From an uncultured delta proteobacterium (GTDB lineage Bacteria; Myxococcota_A; Polyangia; Polyangiales; B10-G4): DNA of 64,000 nucleotides. Of the stretch, positions 9,780-19,623 are shown one piece after another. The stretch is taken from positions 128,001-192,000 of the forward strand of contig CAVSGI010000015.1 in NCBI GenBank assembly GCA_963727445.1. The letters are read 5' to 3'. A program made the position numbers and the translations under genes. The notes below the pieces were generated by a model that was given only the letters and a program-made list of their open reading frames with translations, made no database searches and was not told the origin of the DNA. The number at the start of each line of letters is the position of its first letter. Within the stretch, counting starts at the first letter, position 1.

Positions 9780-10712
9780 GTGCGAGCTCCGGCGGCCATC
9801 GCAATCCTCTTCCTGCTCCTTTCGGGGTGTGGCGACGCGAGCGCGGTCGACGACGCAGGCGCTGACACCGCGGCCCCCTTCGACGGAGGCCCGGGGGTCG
9901 TGCCCAGCGGCCCGGACATCCTTCCCCGGGACTGCGTCCCCCGCTCGCTTCTCGTCGTCTACGACCCCTTGGGCATGTCCACGGACGACCCGAGCCATCC
10001 CCTCGCCGCCGTCCCGCTGGAGGTCGACGGTGAGCCGGTCTTCGTCTCGGCGGGCCTCCGGTTCTCCGATGCGACAGGCGCCATCGCGATCCTCAGCGTC
10101 GGCAGCGACCTCTACCGCCTCACCCCCGGCTACGAGCTGGGTTTCTTCGGCGAGGCCAAGGATCTCGCCGGCAACCTCGTGTCCCCCGACGCGCTCTTCG
10201 ATGGCGTCCTCACCGGCGGTCTCTTCGGCGCGGAGATGCGCCTGTTCACCGCGGCTCAGGGTCAGTTCGGCTCGCCGTTCACCCCCTACCGGAACGACAT
10301 CGAGGACGTCCCCCCCTTTCCCTTTCGGCCCCGGAACATCCTGTACGTCGAGATCCCTCCCTTCGCCTTCCTGGTCGCCGTGACCGGCACGGGCGAGATC
10401 CTGAGCGCCGACGCCACTTCGAGCCGGGACGTGTTCGGGATGTCCTACGTGGTGAATCGACTGCATGGGGCAACTCCAAAGACGGCCCCTCTCTCAATCC
10501 AGCAGCTGTTCCGGTTCGAAACAGAGTTCGGCGCCATCGACGAAGGGCGGGTCATCTATCAGGCCAACTTCGAGAACTCACCAATCGTGGACTTCGACCT
10601 GGTCGTGCATCTCGAGGCCGACCCGCGCGTGGGCGCGCATCCCCCGCGCGCCGTCGTCTATCAGCCCACGATCCACAGGCTCCTGGTCGTGGAGGATCTG
10701 CCTTGCGAGTAG
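9780..10712 (+). CDS. Hypothetical lipoprotein
   Basis: Lipobox LLSGC; GC3-biased frame; GTG 9780 follows a TACCAT -10-like hexamer (alternative start 9753). Confidence 0.65.
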   Translation: MRAPAAIAILFLLLSGCGDASAVDDAGADTAAPFDGGPGVVPSGPDILPRDCVPRSLLVVYDPLGMSTDDPSHPLAAVPLEVDGEPVFVSAGLRFSDATGAIAILSVGSDLYRLTPGYELGFFGEAKDLAGNLVSPDALFDGVLTGGLFGAEMRLFTAAQGQFGSPFTPYRNDIEDVPPFPFRPRNILYVEIPPFAFLVAVTGTGEILSADATSSRDVFGMSYVVNRLHGATPKTAPLSIQQLFRFETEFGAIDEGRVIYQANFENSPIVDFDLVVHLEADPRVGAHPPRAVVYQPTIHRLLVVEDLPCE

Positions 10713-12556
10713 CGTGTCGTGCCGCCGCCCTCCTGGCCGCGGTCGCCGGATGCGACGCGAGCTGGACGATCGACGACGGCGCCCTCGCGTCGGAGCCCAC
10801 CGACGGAAGGCTCGTCATCACGCGCTTCGCCGACGGGGCGTGCACCGACGAGGCCGTGTACTGGGCGGAGGCGAAGAGCGCCGAGCCGCCCGCGCCGCTC
10901 GATCTCGCGGCCGGCGACTACTGCTTCTACGCCTACCGGTGGGATGACACCTGTTCGGCCGCGTCCCTCGGCTGGGGCGTCGCCGAGAACGTCTCCCTTC
11001 CCTCGTCCTCGGCCATCGTGACCACCCTCGAGCCCGGGTGCGAGGGCCCGTGCTTGTCGGCCTGCACGCCACCAGCGCAGCTCTGGCCTCAGGAAGCGGA
11101 CTTTCTGCGCCGCGAGGACGTCACGTTCCGCGTGGCCATCCCACCGCGACCGGGATCGGAGCATCCGCGGCCCGATCGCTTCGTGGTCCGCGTCCAGCCG
11201 TGCGCGGGGGAGGCCTGCGGGAAGCGCGACGATCCCCTCGAAGGCGCGGGCGAGACCCCCGCCATCCGCGTGGCGGAAGACGAGACGAGCTGGACCGTTC
11301 CCCTCTCGAGCGTTCCCGGCCTCACGCCCAGCGGCCGCCTCGCATGGCAGGTGGAGGCGTGCTTCGGCGCGCGATGCATCCGCTCGCCTTCGCGCTACTT
11401 CCATGCCGGCCGCTCCCGCCGAGACGTCGATGGAGACGCCCTCGACGACGTCACGGTCGGTGACACCCTCAGCGGCAAAGCCTACTTCTACCGGACCGGC
11501 CCGGGCGGGAGCCATGCCCAGAGGCTCGACGAGGTGTGCACCGACGACGGCACCGGGATCGTCTTCGACAGCGTCGGCGACGTGAACGACGACGACAGGG
11601 GACAGCTCGCGCTCTCGCGGCGCGGCTGCAGCGAGGTCACCTTCTTCATCGCGGACCCTGGCACCGGCTACCTCGAAGCCGACCGAAGCGTCGGCGTCGA
11701 CGGCCGCGTGTCCGGGATCAGCGCCGGTGGAGACGTCGACGCCGACGGCTGGCTGGACGTCCTCGTCGCGACGACCTCTTCGGTGCAGAGGCTCGGAAGG
11801 GACGGCGACGCCATCCCCCTCGAAGGACCGCCGAGCGCGCGCGCCGGCAGGCGCCCGATCGCCGGAGGCGCGGACTTCGACGCCGATGGGTTCTCGGACT
11901 TCGCGGTCCTCGGCCCGACCGGTCCGGTCCTCTGTTTCGGCGCCGCCTCCGCGGCGACCGATGCGCTCGACTGCCACTCGCTGCCGCTGTCCGACTTCGT
12001 CGCCGACGGCGCCTCCATTCGATTCGCCACCGACGCGAACGGTGACGCCTTCGCCGACCTGGTGATCGGCGAGGCCCAGGGCACGGAGGCCGTCTGGGTG
12101 GTGTTGGGGAACGAGGCCCGGACGTACGCGCCCCTCGAGGTGGGACCCTTCGACCCTCGCGGCTCCCTCGCGACCGGCGACGTGAACGAGGACGGCCTGT
12201 CGGATCTCCTCGTCGGTCGCCCCGGGAGCAACCAGGTCGATGTCTACATCGGGGTGGCGGGCGACCAGCCCTACCCGGTGGAAGCGATCACCGTCACCGA
12301 CCAGCGAACGGTGCCGCCGGTGCCGAACGTGGTGACGGATATGGGGCGCGCCGTGGTCGCCGCCGGCGGAAGACAAGGTGCGCAGCGCTACGACTTCGGC
12401 CTCGCGCGGCTCATGGCCTATGCGGGCGGCACGATTCCAGAGGTCCGTCTCTACGAGTGGTCCGATCGTCTGGGCCCGCGCCCCAGCGTCACGATCACGG
12501 CGCCCGATCTCACGAGCACCTCCGCGATCTCCCTGGGCTTCGGAGGCGAGCTGTGA
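10703..12556 (+). CDS. FG-GAP/VCBS repeat lipoprotein
   Basis: VAGC lipobox; repeats DVDGDALDDV, GDVDADGWLDV, DFDADGFSDF, DANGDAFADL, GDVNEDGLSDL. Confidence 0.8.
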   Translation: MRVACRAAALLAAVAGCDASWTIDDGALASEPTDGRLVITRFADGACTDEAVYWAEAKSAEPPAPLDLAAGDYCFYAYRWDDTCSAASLGWGVAENVSLPSSSAIVTTLEPGCEGPCLSACTPPAQLWPQEADFLRREDVTFRVAIPPRPGSEHPRPDRFVVRVQPCAGEACGKRDDPLEGAGETPAIRVAEDETSWTVPLSSVPGLTPSGRLAWQVEACFGARCIRSPSRYFHAGRSRRDVDGDALDDVTVGDTLSGKAYFYRTGPGGSHAQRLDEVCTDDGTGIVFDSVGDVNDDDRGQLALSRRGCSEVTFFIADPGTGYLEADRSVGVDGRVSGISAGGDVDADGWLDVLVATTSSVQRLGRDGDAIPLEGPPSARAGRRPIAGGADFDADGFSDFAVLGPTGPVLCFGAASAATDALDCHSLPLSDFVADGASIRFATDANGDAFADLVIGEAQGTEAVWVVLGNEARTYAPLEVGPFDPRGSLATGDVNEDGLSDLLVGRPGSNQVDVYIGVAGDQPYPVEAITVTDQRTVPPVPNVVTDMGRAVVAAGGRQGAQRYDFGLARLMAYAGGTIPEVRLYEWSDRLGPRPSVTITAPDLTSTSAISLGFGGEL

Positions 12557-13305
12557 AGTCCCTCCTCCTCGCCATGCTCTGTTGGCTCGCCCTGACGAGC
12601 GCCGCGGCCGCGACCGCCCCCGACCTCGAGCGCGCGCGAGAGCTCTATGAAGCGGCGTCCTTCGAGGAGGTCCTCGAGGTGCTCGCCCGAGTCGAGGCCG
12701 GCTCGGAGCTGTCGCGCAGAGAGGTGAGCGAGATGCTCTTCCTCCGCGCGCTCACGCGCCGCGCGATGGGCTCGGAGGACGCTGCCGAACGCGACCTCGA
12801 ACGCATCGCCTACCTCGACCCCGACTATCAGCTTCCGGCGGAGGCACCGCCTTCGATGCGCGCGATCTTCCAGTCGACCCGCGCGGCGGTCGAGCCGCTG
12901 CGCCTCCTCGACGAGCTCACCCGCACCGCCGACGGCGTTCGCTTCGCGGTCCGCGCTTCGGGGGATCCTCGCGGCACGGTGCGCAGCATCGACGCCGCGT
13001 GCCGCACCGGCGATGGCGGGTGGCAGCGGGGCGACGGGGGCGTCGTGACGATCCGCGCCCAGGAGGGAGCCACCGTCGAGTGCGCGTCGAAGCTCGTGGG
13101 GCCGGGCGGCGCGGTGCTGCGCGAGCGCGGAACGCGCGAGGCGCCGCTCGGGTTCACCGTGGGCCCACAGATCACGGCCGACGAGGGCCCGAGCGCGTGG
13201 CCCTTCGTCATCGCCGGCGCTGGCGTGCTGGTGGCGGCGGCGATCGCCACCGTCATCATCTTCGCGGTGGCGCCGCCCAACACGACCGTGACCCCGAACC
13301 TCTGA
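12553..13305 (+). CDS. Exported TPR-like protein with C-terminal membrane anchor
   Basis: GTGA overlap; signal peptide; LERARELYEAASFEE helical region; LDPDYQLP..PP; C-terminal TM. Confidence 0.7.
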   Translation: MKSLLLAMLCWLALTSAAAATAPDLERARELYEAASFEEVLEVLARVEAGSELSRREVSEMLFLRALTRRAMGSEDAAERDLERIAYLDPDYQLPAEAPPSMRAIFQSTRAAVEPLRLLDELTRTADGVRFAVRASGDPRGTVRSIDAACRTGDGGWQRGDGGVVTIRAQEGATVECASKLVGPGGAVLRERGTREAPLGFTVGPQITADEGPSAWPFVIAGAGVLVAAAIATVIIFAVAPPNTTVTPNL

Positions 13306-13310
13306 GTCGA

Positions 13311-14675
13311 TCAGCCCGAGAGCAGCCCGGCGAGCGGCCCATCCGGCCCCTCGTCCAGGCTGCCGAAGCGGTCGATGTCGGACAGGCCCATGTAGCGACA
13401 CATCGCCACCAGGAGGCGATTGTGATCGGTGTCGGAGAAGGAGAGGAAGCGACCGGTGCGGACGCCGCCCGCGCCGCCACCCGCCACGACGAATGGCACG
13501 TTGCCGAAGTCGTGATCGTAGCCGCGGCCGAGCTCGCTGCCCCACACGACCATGGTGTTGTCGAGGAGGGTGCCGTCGCCCTCGGGCACCGAGGCGAGCC
13601 GATCGAGGAAGCGGGCGAAGTGCTCCGCGTAGAAGGAGTAGATTCTCGTGAGCTCCTCCTCGGCCTGCGCCGTGCGCTCGTGGGTGATCAGGTGATGCAC
13701 CTCGCGACTGACGCCGATGAAGTCGTAGAGCATTCCGTCGTTCTCTCCCACCGCGTACTGCATGCTCGCGACCCGGGTCAGATCACAGGTGAGCGCCGCG
13801 GTGATGAGCTCGAATTGCCGGTCGAAGATCTCGGGCACGTTCGCCCGGTCGAGGAGGTCGAGGGGATCGCCGATGTCGGGGATGGCGCATTCGAGCGTCG
13901 TCGACAGGCCACGCTCGATGTCGCGGACGGACTCGAGGTGCGCGTCGATCTTGTCCCGATCCGCGCGGGCGACGCGCGCGCGCATTCGCCCGAGGTCGGC
14001 CGTGAGCGAGTCGAGCACGCTGCGTCGTTCCGCCATCCGACGCTCGTTCTCGGCGCCGGGAGCGCCGGCTCCGAAGACGCGTGAGAAGAGCGCGTGGGGG
14101 CTTGGCTCTGGCGAGACCGGCTGCTCGGCGCCGCGATAGATCATGCGGTGCCCCGGGTGATTGCCGCCGCTCGCGAGCCCGGCCTCGATCGAGCGATAGG
14201 GCAGCTCTGCTCCGATGCGATCGGCGATCACCTGATCCACCGACGGACCGCTGTTCCAGCCGTAGTAGTAGACGCCCATCCCGTCGTCGCGGGAGAAGGT
14301 GCGGTCCTCGCGCAGGGGCGAGCCGGTCCAGAGCAGGGGCGGGCCCTTGGTGTGAGGGGCGCCCACGCTCTCGGACGCGCGCATCCGGAGCCCGTCGAGC
14401 ACCACGATCTGATCGCGGTGGCGCTCGAGCGGGGAGAGGATCTCGCCGAGGGTGAAGTCCGTCTCGCCGCCGGAAGGCAGCCAGCGGTCGTGGACGGTCC
14501 CGTGGGGCGTGAAGAAGAGGACCAGGCGCTTGGGCGCGACCTCGCCGTCTCCGCTCGCGTTCAGCAGTGGGACGAAGGGGCTCAGCAGGGCGGCCGCGCC
14601 CGCGGCGCCTGCCCCCTCGAGGAAAGCGCGCCGCGACAAGCGCCGTCGACCGGGGCGTCGTGCTCGGTTGCTCAT
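13311..14675 (-). CDS. DUF1552 domain protein, Tat-exported (second copy)
   Basis: LSRRAFL; PKRLVLFFTPHG; SVDQVIA; LTCDLTRVAS; EGDGTLLDNT; TGRFL. Confidence 0.92.
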   Translation of the reverse strand: MSNRARRPGRRRLSRRAFLEGAGAAGAAALLSPFVPLLNASGDGEVAPKRLVLFFTPHGTVHDRWLPSGGETDFTLGEILSPLERHRDQIVVLDGLRMRASESVGAPHTKGPPLLWTGSPLREDRTFSRDDGMGVYYYGWNSGPSVDQVIADRIGAELPYRSIEAGLASGGNHPGHRMIYRGAEQPVSPEPSPHALFSRVFGAGAPGAENERRMAERRSVLDSLTADLGRMRARVARADRDKIDAHLESVRDIERGLSTTLECAIPDIGDPLDLLDRANVPEIFDRQFELITAALTCDLTRVASMQYAVGENDGMLYDFIGVSREVHHLITHERTAQAEEELTRIYSFYAEHFARFLDRLASVPEGDGTLLDNTMVVWGSELGRGYDHDFGNVPFVVAGGGAGGVRTGRFLSFSDTDHNRLLVAMCRYMGLSDIDRFGSLDEGPDGPLAGLLSG

Positions 14676-14684
14676 GCTCTGCTC

Positions 14685-16334
14685 CTATTCGGTGGGGACG
14701 ATGCGATGTCGAAAGCCGTCGCTGACGGCGATGGCGAAGAGGAGCGCGCGCAGATCGTCGGGCTCCTCCATGGCGGCGTCGAGAGACGCGAGGGTGCAGG
14801 CGTCGGCGTCCGTCTCCCGCCGCCCGAAGGCGAAGCGGAACCACTGGCGCGCGACGCACGCTTCGACCTCCGGGCTCTCGACCAGGCGCTCGGTGAGCTC
14901 GGCCGCGCCGGTGAAGGGTCCGTCGACGTCGGTGCGGGTGAGACGCCCGCTCGCGTCGACGGGCACACCGTTGTCCATCGTGCGGAAGGCGCCGATGGCG
15001 TCGTAGCTCTCGAGGCCGAAGCCGATCTCGTCGATGAGCTCGTGGCAGGAAGCGCAAGGGGGAGCCGTGTGCTCGGCGAAGCGCTCCCGTGTGGTGGCGC
15101 CCGGCTGCGGCTCGGGCAGGGTGATGTCGACGTCGGGGGGCGGATCAGGCAGGTCCTGACAGAAGAAGCTCTCGCGAACGAGCTTGCCCCGGAGCGTGAG
15201 CGACGACTGCGAGACGTGGGCGTGCGCGGTCAAGACGCTCGGATGGGTGAGGATGCCGTGACGCTCGCCGGGCAGGAGCGCCACGCGATCGCCCTCCGCG
15301 TATCCAGGAGGCTCGGCGATGCCGTAGAGGTCGAAGAGCGGCCCGGTCGGATAGGAGAAGTCCGCGGTCAAGAGCGTCCGGAGGCTCCCGTCGCCGCGCC
15401 GGATCACCGCGTCAGCGAAGGTGAGCGTCTCCTCGCGCATGGCGTCGACCAGCGCGGGATCGAAGCTCGGATAGAGCACCGGGTTCTTCACGGCCGTGCC
15501 GAGACGCTCCAGTCCGAGCCACTGCTCGTGAAAGTCGGCGATGCCGCGCGCCGCGCGCGGATCGTCGAGCATCCGCGAGACCTCCGCGCGCACCCCGTCG
15601 GCGTCCTCGAGGAGGCCCGCCTCGGCAGCGTCGAGGAGCTCCGCGTCGGGCGCCGCGCGGAAGAGGAAGAACGAGAGCCGCGAGGCGAGCGCGTGAGGCT
15701 CGAGGGGGACCATCGCGCCGGCGGTGCCCTCTTCGGGGACGAGCGCGTCGGGGTGGTAGAGGAAGGCCGGCGAGGCGAGCATCGCGGTGAGCGCCAACCG
15801 CCGGCCCTGCGCGTAATCGTCGGTGCCGTACGACACGAAGAGCGCGATGAGCCCCGCGCGCTCGGCGTCGGTGAGAGGACGCCGGTAGACGCGGCGGCCG
15901 ACCGCGGAGACGAATCGTTCGGCGCATTCGGCGACGCTCGTCGTGAGACGGTTGCAGTCGTCGAGGGGGCCGTAGTCCACCGAAGCCGCCGCCGCCTCCG
16001 CCGCCTCCAGGTACTGCTGCACCTCCAGGCGACCCACGGGCGTCAAGGCGTTGCTGGTGAACACCCCGGCTCGCTCGTCGACGGGCAGCGAGATCTCGCT
16101 GTCCAGGCGCACACCGAAGAGGTCGAGGAGCGTGTTTTCGTACTCGGTGCGGGTCAGCCGCCGGAGCGGCGTGGGGCCGGTGGTGAGCATCGCGGCCGGA
16201 TCGCAGAGGACGGCCGGACCGGGAGGATCGGGGGGACCCAGAGGTCCGTGACCGTCGCCGATGACGCCCTGGCAACCCAGGGCGAGCGCCGCAGTGAGCG
16301 CCACCGGCAGAGCGGATCTCGGGATGGGCCTCAC
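14685..16334 (-). CDS. DUF1592/DUF1588-family lipoprotein with CxxCH (second copy)
   Basis: Lipobox LALGC; LRRLTRTEY, SPAFLY, LASRLSFFL, RHGILT, CASCH, GFGLESYDAIG; GTG overlaps the upstream TGA. Confidence 0.9.
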   Translation of the reverse strand: MRPIPRSALPVALTAALALGCQGVIGDGHGPLGPPDPPGPAVLCDPAAMLTTGPTPLRRLTRTEYENTLLDLFGVRLDSEISLPVDERAGVFTSNALTPVGRLEVQQYLEAAEAAAASVDYGPLDDCNRLTTSVAECAERFVSAVGRRVYRRPLTDAERAGLIALFVSYGTDDYAQGRRLALTAMLASPAFLYHPDALVPEEGTAGAMVPLEPHALASRLSFFLFRAAPDAELLDAAEAGLLEDADGVRAEVSRMLDDPRAARGIADFHEQWLGLERLGTAVKNPVLYPSFDPALVDAMREETLTFADAVIRRGDGSLRTLLTADFSYPTGPLFDLYGIAEPPGYAEGDRVALLPGERHGILTHPSVLTAHAHVSQSSLTLRGKLVRESFFCQDLPDPPPDVDITLPEPQPGATTRERFAEHTAPPCASCHELIDEIGFGLESYDAIGAFRTMDNGVPVDASGRLTRTDVDGPFTGAAELTERLVESPEVEACVARQWFRFAFGRRETDADACTLASLDAAMEEPDDLRALLFAIAVSDGFRHRIVPTE

Positions 16335-17503
16335 GGCGCCTCCGCCTCGAGGTAGACGAGCTCGTCCGTCCCGTCGCCGTCGATGTCGGCCGCGAGGATC
16401 GAATCGGGCACCACCTCGGCGCCGCTCTCGTCGCGCAGGGTGAAGGTCTCCGTGAGGCAGCCGGAGGTCGCCGAGAGCTCGTAGACGGTGGAGCCGTCGA
16501 CCACGAGGACCGCGTCGCCCGGGCCGGAGAGCCGCGCGCCGACCAGGAAATCGCCGGCGACCGGCACCCCGTCGGTGCACCGAACCACCCCCGGCAACAG
16601 CTCGATGAAGCGCAGCATGTCGTCGAGGACGAGGAGCCGACCCGTGGCGTCGATGGCGGTGAGCGCGCCGGCGCCCGAACCGTAGAGGTCCACCAGGTCC
16701 AGCGTCACCGGCTCGAAGGGACGCGTCGTGCCGCTCGCCGCCACGTACTCGACGATCGGCAACGGCCCGGAGAACGTGCCGGCCGACGCGGACAAGAGCC
16801 AGAGGCCTTCGCTGTCCTTGGCGGCGACCACCGGCGTGCTGGCGACGCGGCCGGTGATCAGGAGCTCGGGCGAGAGGAAGCTGTCGTCTTCCTTCTTGAG
16901 ATCGACGGGCGTGGTGAAGGCGTGGGTGGCGGGATCGAGCTGCCAGGCCTCGTGGCCGTCGACGAAGATCAGCTCTTCACCGCCGGTCCCGTCGAGGTCC
17001 ACTGCGCCGCCGAGGTCGAGGGTCAAAGGGACGCCCTCGTCACTGCGGGTCTCGAAGCTCAGCGGTCCGGAGCCGAGGCGGATGGTGACGCGCGAGGTGG
17101 GCCCAGCGCATCGGCAGACGGTGCAGCCGTCTTCATCCACGGCGAGGCCCGCGGGGCAGGGGAGGTCGCACTCGGGAGCGAGTGGGCACGTGGCTTCGCA
17201 CTCGCCCTCGTGGTCGATCTCGACCATCGCACACTCGGCCTCGCACGCGTTGCCGTAGGTCTCGCCGTCGACGCCGCAGACCGGCGCGTAGACGTCGGAG
17301 CAGACACACAGAGCGCGGCAGACGCCCTCCTCCCGGTCGCAGTACTCGCCGTCGTCGCAGTCGGCGTCGTTGGTACACACACCACCGGCGTCACCACCGG
17401 CGTCACCACCGGCGTCACCACCAGAGGGCGGCGAGCCCGAGGCCATGCAGGCGGAGAGAGCGAGGACGGGGAGCAGGGCGCTCGGGAGGAAGATTCGATT
17501 CAT
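16331..17503 (-). CDS. Lipoprotein with Kazal-type and antistasin-like Cys-rich domains plus FG-GAP-like C-terminus
   Basis: LSAC lipobox; CVCSDVYAPVCGVDGETYGNACEAEC..EGEC; CDLPCPAGLAVDEDGCTVCRC; DLDGTGGEEL, DIDGDGTDEL; GGDA x3 linker. Confidence 0.8.
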   Translation of the reverse strand: MNRIFLPSALLPVLALSACMASGSPPSGGDAGGDAGGDAGGVCTNDADCDDGEYCDREEGVCRALCVCSDVYAPVCGVDGETYGNACEAECAMVEIDHEGECEATCPLAPECDLPCPAGLAVDEDGCTVCRCAGPTSRVTIRLGSGPLSFETRSDEGVPLTLDLGGAVDLDGTGGEELIFVDGHEAWQLDPATHAFTTPVDLKKEDDSFLSPELLITGRVASTPVVAAKDSEGLWLLSASAGTFSGPLPIVEYVAASGTTRPFEPVTLDLVDLYGSGAGALTAIDATGRLLVLDDMLRFIELLPGVVRCTDGVPVAGDFLVGARLSGPGDAVLVVDGSTVYELSATSGCLTETFTLRDESGAEVVPDSILAADIDGDGTDELVYLEAEAP

Positions 17504-17558
17504 GGTGGGCACCTCGGAGAGAGAAGGGGGAGGCGATGTCGCCTCGGTGCCCACCATG

Positions 17559-17574
17559 TGCGAGAAGCGTACCG
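17559..17574 (-). promoter_or_regulatory. Putative sigma54 (-24/-12) promoter of the Kazal-DUF1592-DUF1552 operon
   Basis: Minus strand CGGTACG-CTTC-TCGCA (GG-N10-GC) ~55 bp upstream of ATG 17503. Confidence 0.6.
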
Positions 17575-17651
17575 TCGGAGATCACTGCGCTTTCACGCAG
17601 CTCGGTCTCGGACCTGTTCCCTCGCCGTCGACACCTGCTGTGCCAGCTTCT

Positions 17652-19577
17652 TCAGTCGAGGGGAACCGTGATGCGCTGTCGACCGCCGGGCTCCACCACG
17701 ACCCGGACGCGGCGGCCGGGTGGTGTCCCGTTGGGGCGCACCTCGAGGAGATGCTCGCCGGCTGGGAGGGTGAAGCGGCCCGGCGTCTCGCCGAGGCGGC
17801 GGCCGTTCAGGAAGACCAGCGCCCAGCCGCCGGTGGTGACGACGTTCACCGTGCCCTCGCCCGAGGGTTGGCTCTGCGCCACCGCCGTCGCGCTTTCCAT
17901 CGCGCCCGCTGCGGTCATGGTCATGCGCGGGCGGCGGCGGCGGCGTGCCGAGGGCGTCCGCGTCTCGTCGCTCGTCGAGGACGGCGACTCGTCGGCCACA
18001 GGTGGATCGCCGGCGTGCGACCCCGGCGTCTCGGGCGAGCCCGCCTCTTCGGTGCTGGGCGGCTCGTCCCCCTCGTCCACTTCGGACCCGTTCGCCTCTT
18101 CGGCGGTCGCCGCTTCCCCGGCCGCCGTCTCGTGGGCCTGCGCGGGCGCGGGCGGGTTCACGAACGCGCCTCGGAACGCGACGAAGGAGCCAGCGATCAC
18201 CGCGAGCCCCACCGCCGCAGCACCCACGACGAGAGCGCGACGGGGGCGAGGGGTGGGCGCGGGAGCGGGCGCGGCGCGCGGACGCGTCGGCATCTGCGAT
18301 TGGCGCAAACCCTCCGTGGGTATCGTGGAAGCCCGCGCATCATCCGGCGCGGGCTCGGCGGCCTTGGCGCCACGGCTCGGCCGCGGGGAACCGCCCGCAC
18401 CGACGGTGGGCGACAGGGGGCTGACCGCCGTCTCGAGCTGGCTGCGCCGACGCTTGCGCCGCGGTGGGTGCACGCCGGACTGTCCCGGGTCGTCCTCGAT
18501 GTCGCCCATCCGCGCCTCGGAGACCTGCGGCACGGGGACGGCGGCCTGGTTCGCGAGCTCGAGGAGCTGCTGCTTCTGACTGAGCGCCGCCGGGAACAGA
18601 TCCTCGAGCCACTCGGCGATGTCCGGCAGCCCGATGGTCACGCCTTCGGCGTTCAGGAAGCGGAGGATTTCCCTCCCGAGCTCGCGCGCGCTCCGGTGGC
18701 GCTTCTTCGGGTCGCGATCGAGTGCGCGCATCACGATCGCGTCGAGCGCCGGCGGCACGCGCGGGTCCGCATCGCTCGGCTTGGGGATCGGTTCCATGGT
18801 CACGGCCAGAACGGTCTTGGTCGCGGTCTTGCGATGGAAGAGGCGCTTGCCCGTGGCGACCTCCCAGAGCACCACGCCCATCGACCAGACATCGGTGGTG
18901 CGATCGACGGTCTCGCCGTGGGCCTGCTCGGGGGACATGTACGCCCACTTGCCCTTCACCGAGCCGGTGGTGGTGTCGTGGATCTGATCGGCGGCGCGCG
19001 CGATCCCGAAGTCCACCACCTTCACTCCACCGTCGAAGGTGACGAAGAGGTTGTGTGGCGAGATGTCGCGATGCACGACGTGGAGCGGATCGCCGCGCGT
19101 GCCGCGCAGCTCGTGGGCGGCGTGGAGGCCTTCGCAAGCGTCGGCCACGATGCGGCAGCCGATGAGCATTCGCTCGCGCCCCCCGCGGCCCTCGACTCGC
19201 GAGCAGCCAGCGAGGATGCGCGATAGCGGCTCGCCCACCAGATAGTCCATCGCGATGTAGTAGGTGCCGTCCTGTTCGCCGAAGTCGAAGACCGAGCAGA
19301 CGTTGGGGTGGCTGATGCGTGAGGCGATGCGGGCCTCGTCCAGGAACATCTCGACGAAGGTGCGCTCCTCGGCGAGGTGGGGGTGGATCCGCTTGAGCGC
19401 GACCAGCTTCTCGAAGCCCTCCGGCCCCTCGGCGCGCGCCAGGAAGACCTTCCCCATTCCCCCGGCGGCGAGCTCGAAGCAGAGACGGTAGCGGCCGTAC
19501 TTCTGGTCGGACTCGGCGGGGACCGAAGCAGACGCCTCGGGGGAGATGGTGTCGTCGGGGAGGGGAAGAGTGCTCAT
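17652..19577 (-). CDS. Membrane Ser/Thr protein kinase with C-terminal PEGA domain
   Basis: GGMGKV, VALKRI, HRDISPHN, DFGIA, GKWAYMSPEQ, DVWSMG; TM; PEGA-like tail. Confidence 0.95.
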   Translation of the reverse strand: MSTLPLPDDTISPEASASVPAESDQKYGRYRLCFELAAGGMGKVFLARAEGPEGFEKLVALKRIHPHLAEERTFVEMFLDEARIASRISHPNVCSVFDFGEQDGTYYIAMDYLVGEPLSRILAGCSRVEGRGGRERMLIGCRIVADACEGLHAAHELRGTRGDPLHVVHRDISPHNLFVTFDGGVKVVDFGIARAADQIHDTTTGSVKGKWAYMSPEQAHGETVDRTTDVWSMGVVLWEVATGKRLFHRKTATKTVLAVTMEPIPKPSDADPRVPPALDAIVMRALDRDPKKRHRSARELGREILRFLNAEGVTIGLPDIAEWLEDLFPAALSQKQQLLELANQAAVPVPQVSEARMGDIEDDPGQSGVHPPRRKRRRSQLETAVSPLSPTVGAGGSPRPSRGAKAAEPAPDDARASTIPTEGLRQSQMPTRPRAAPAPAPTPRPRRALVVGAAAVGLAVIAGSFVAFRGAFVNPPAPAQAHETAAGEAATAEEANGSEVDEGDEPPSTEEAGSPETPGSHAGDPPVADESPSSTSDETRTPSARRRRRPRMTMTAAGAMESATAVAQSQPSGEGTVNVVTTGGWALVFLNGRRLGETPGRFTLPAGEHLLEVRPNGTPPGRRVRVVVEPGGRQRITVPLD

Positions 19578-19623
19578 CCCGTGCGGGTGATTCTATCATC
19601 GATCGAGCTGCTACCCTCCTGGT

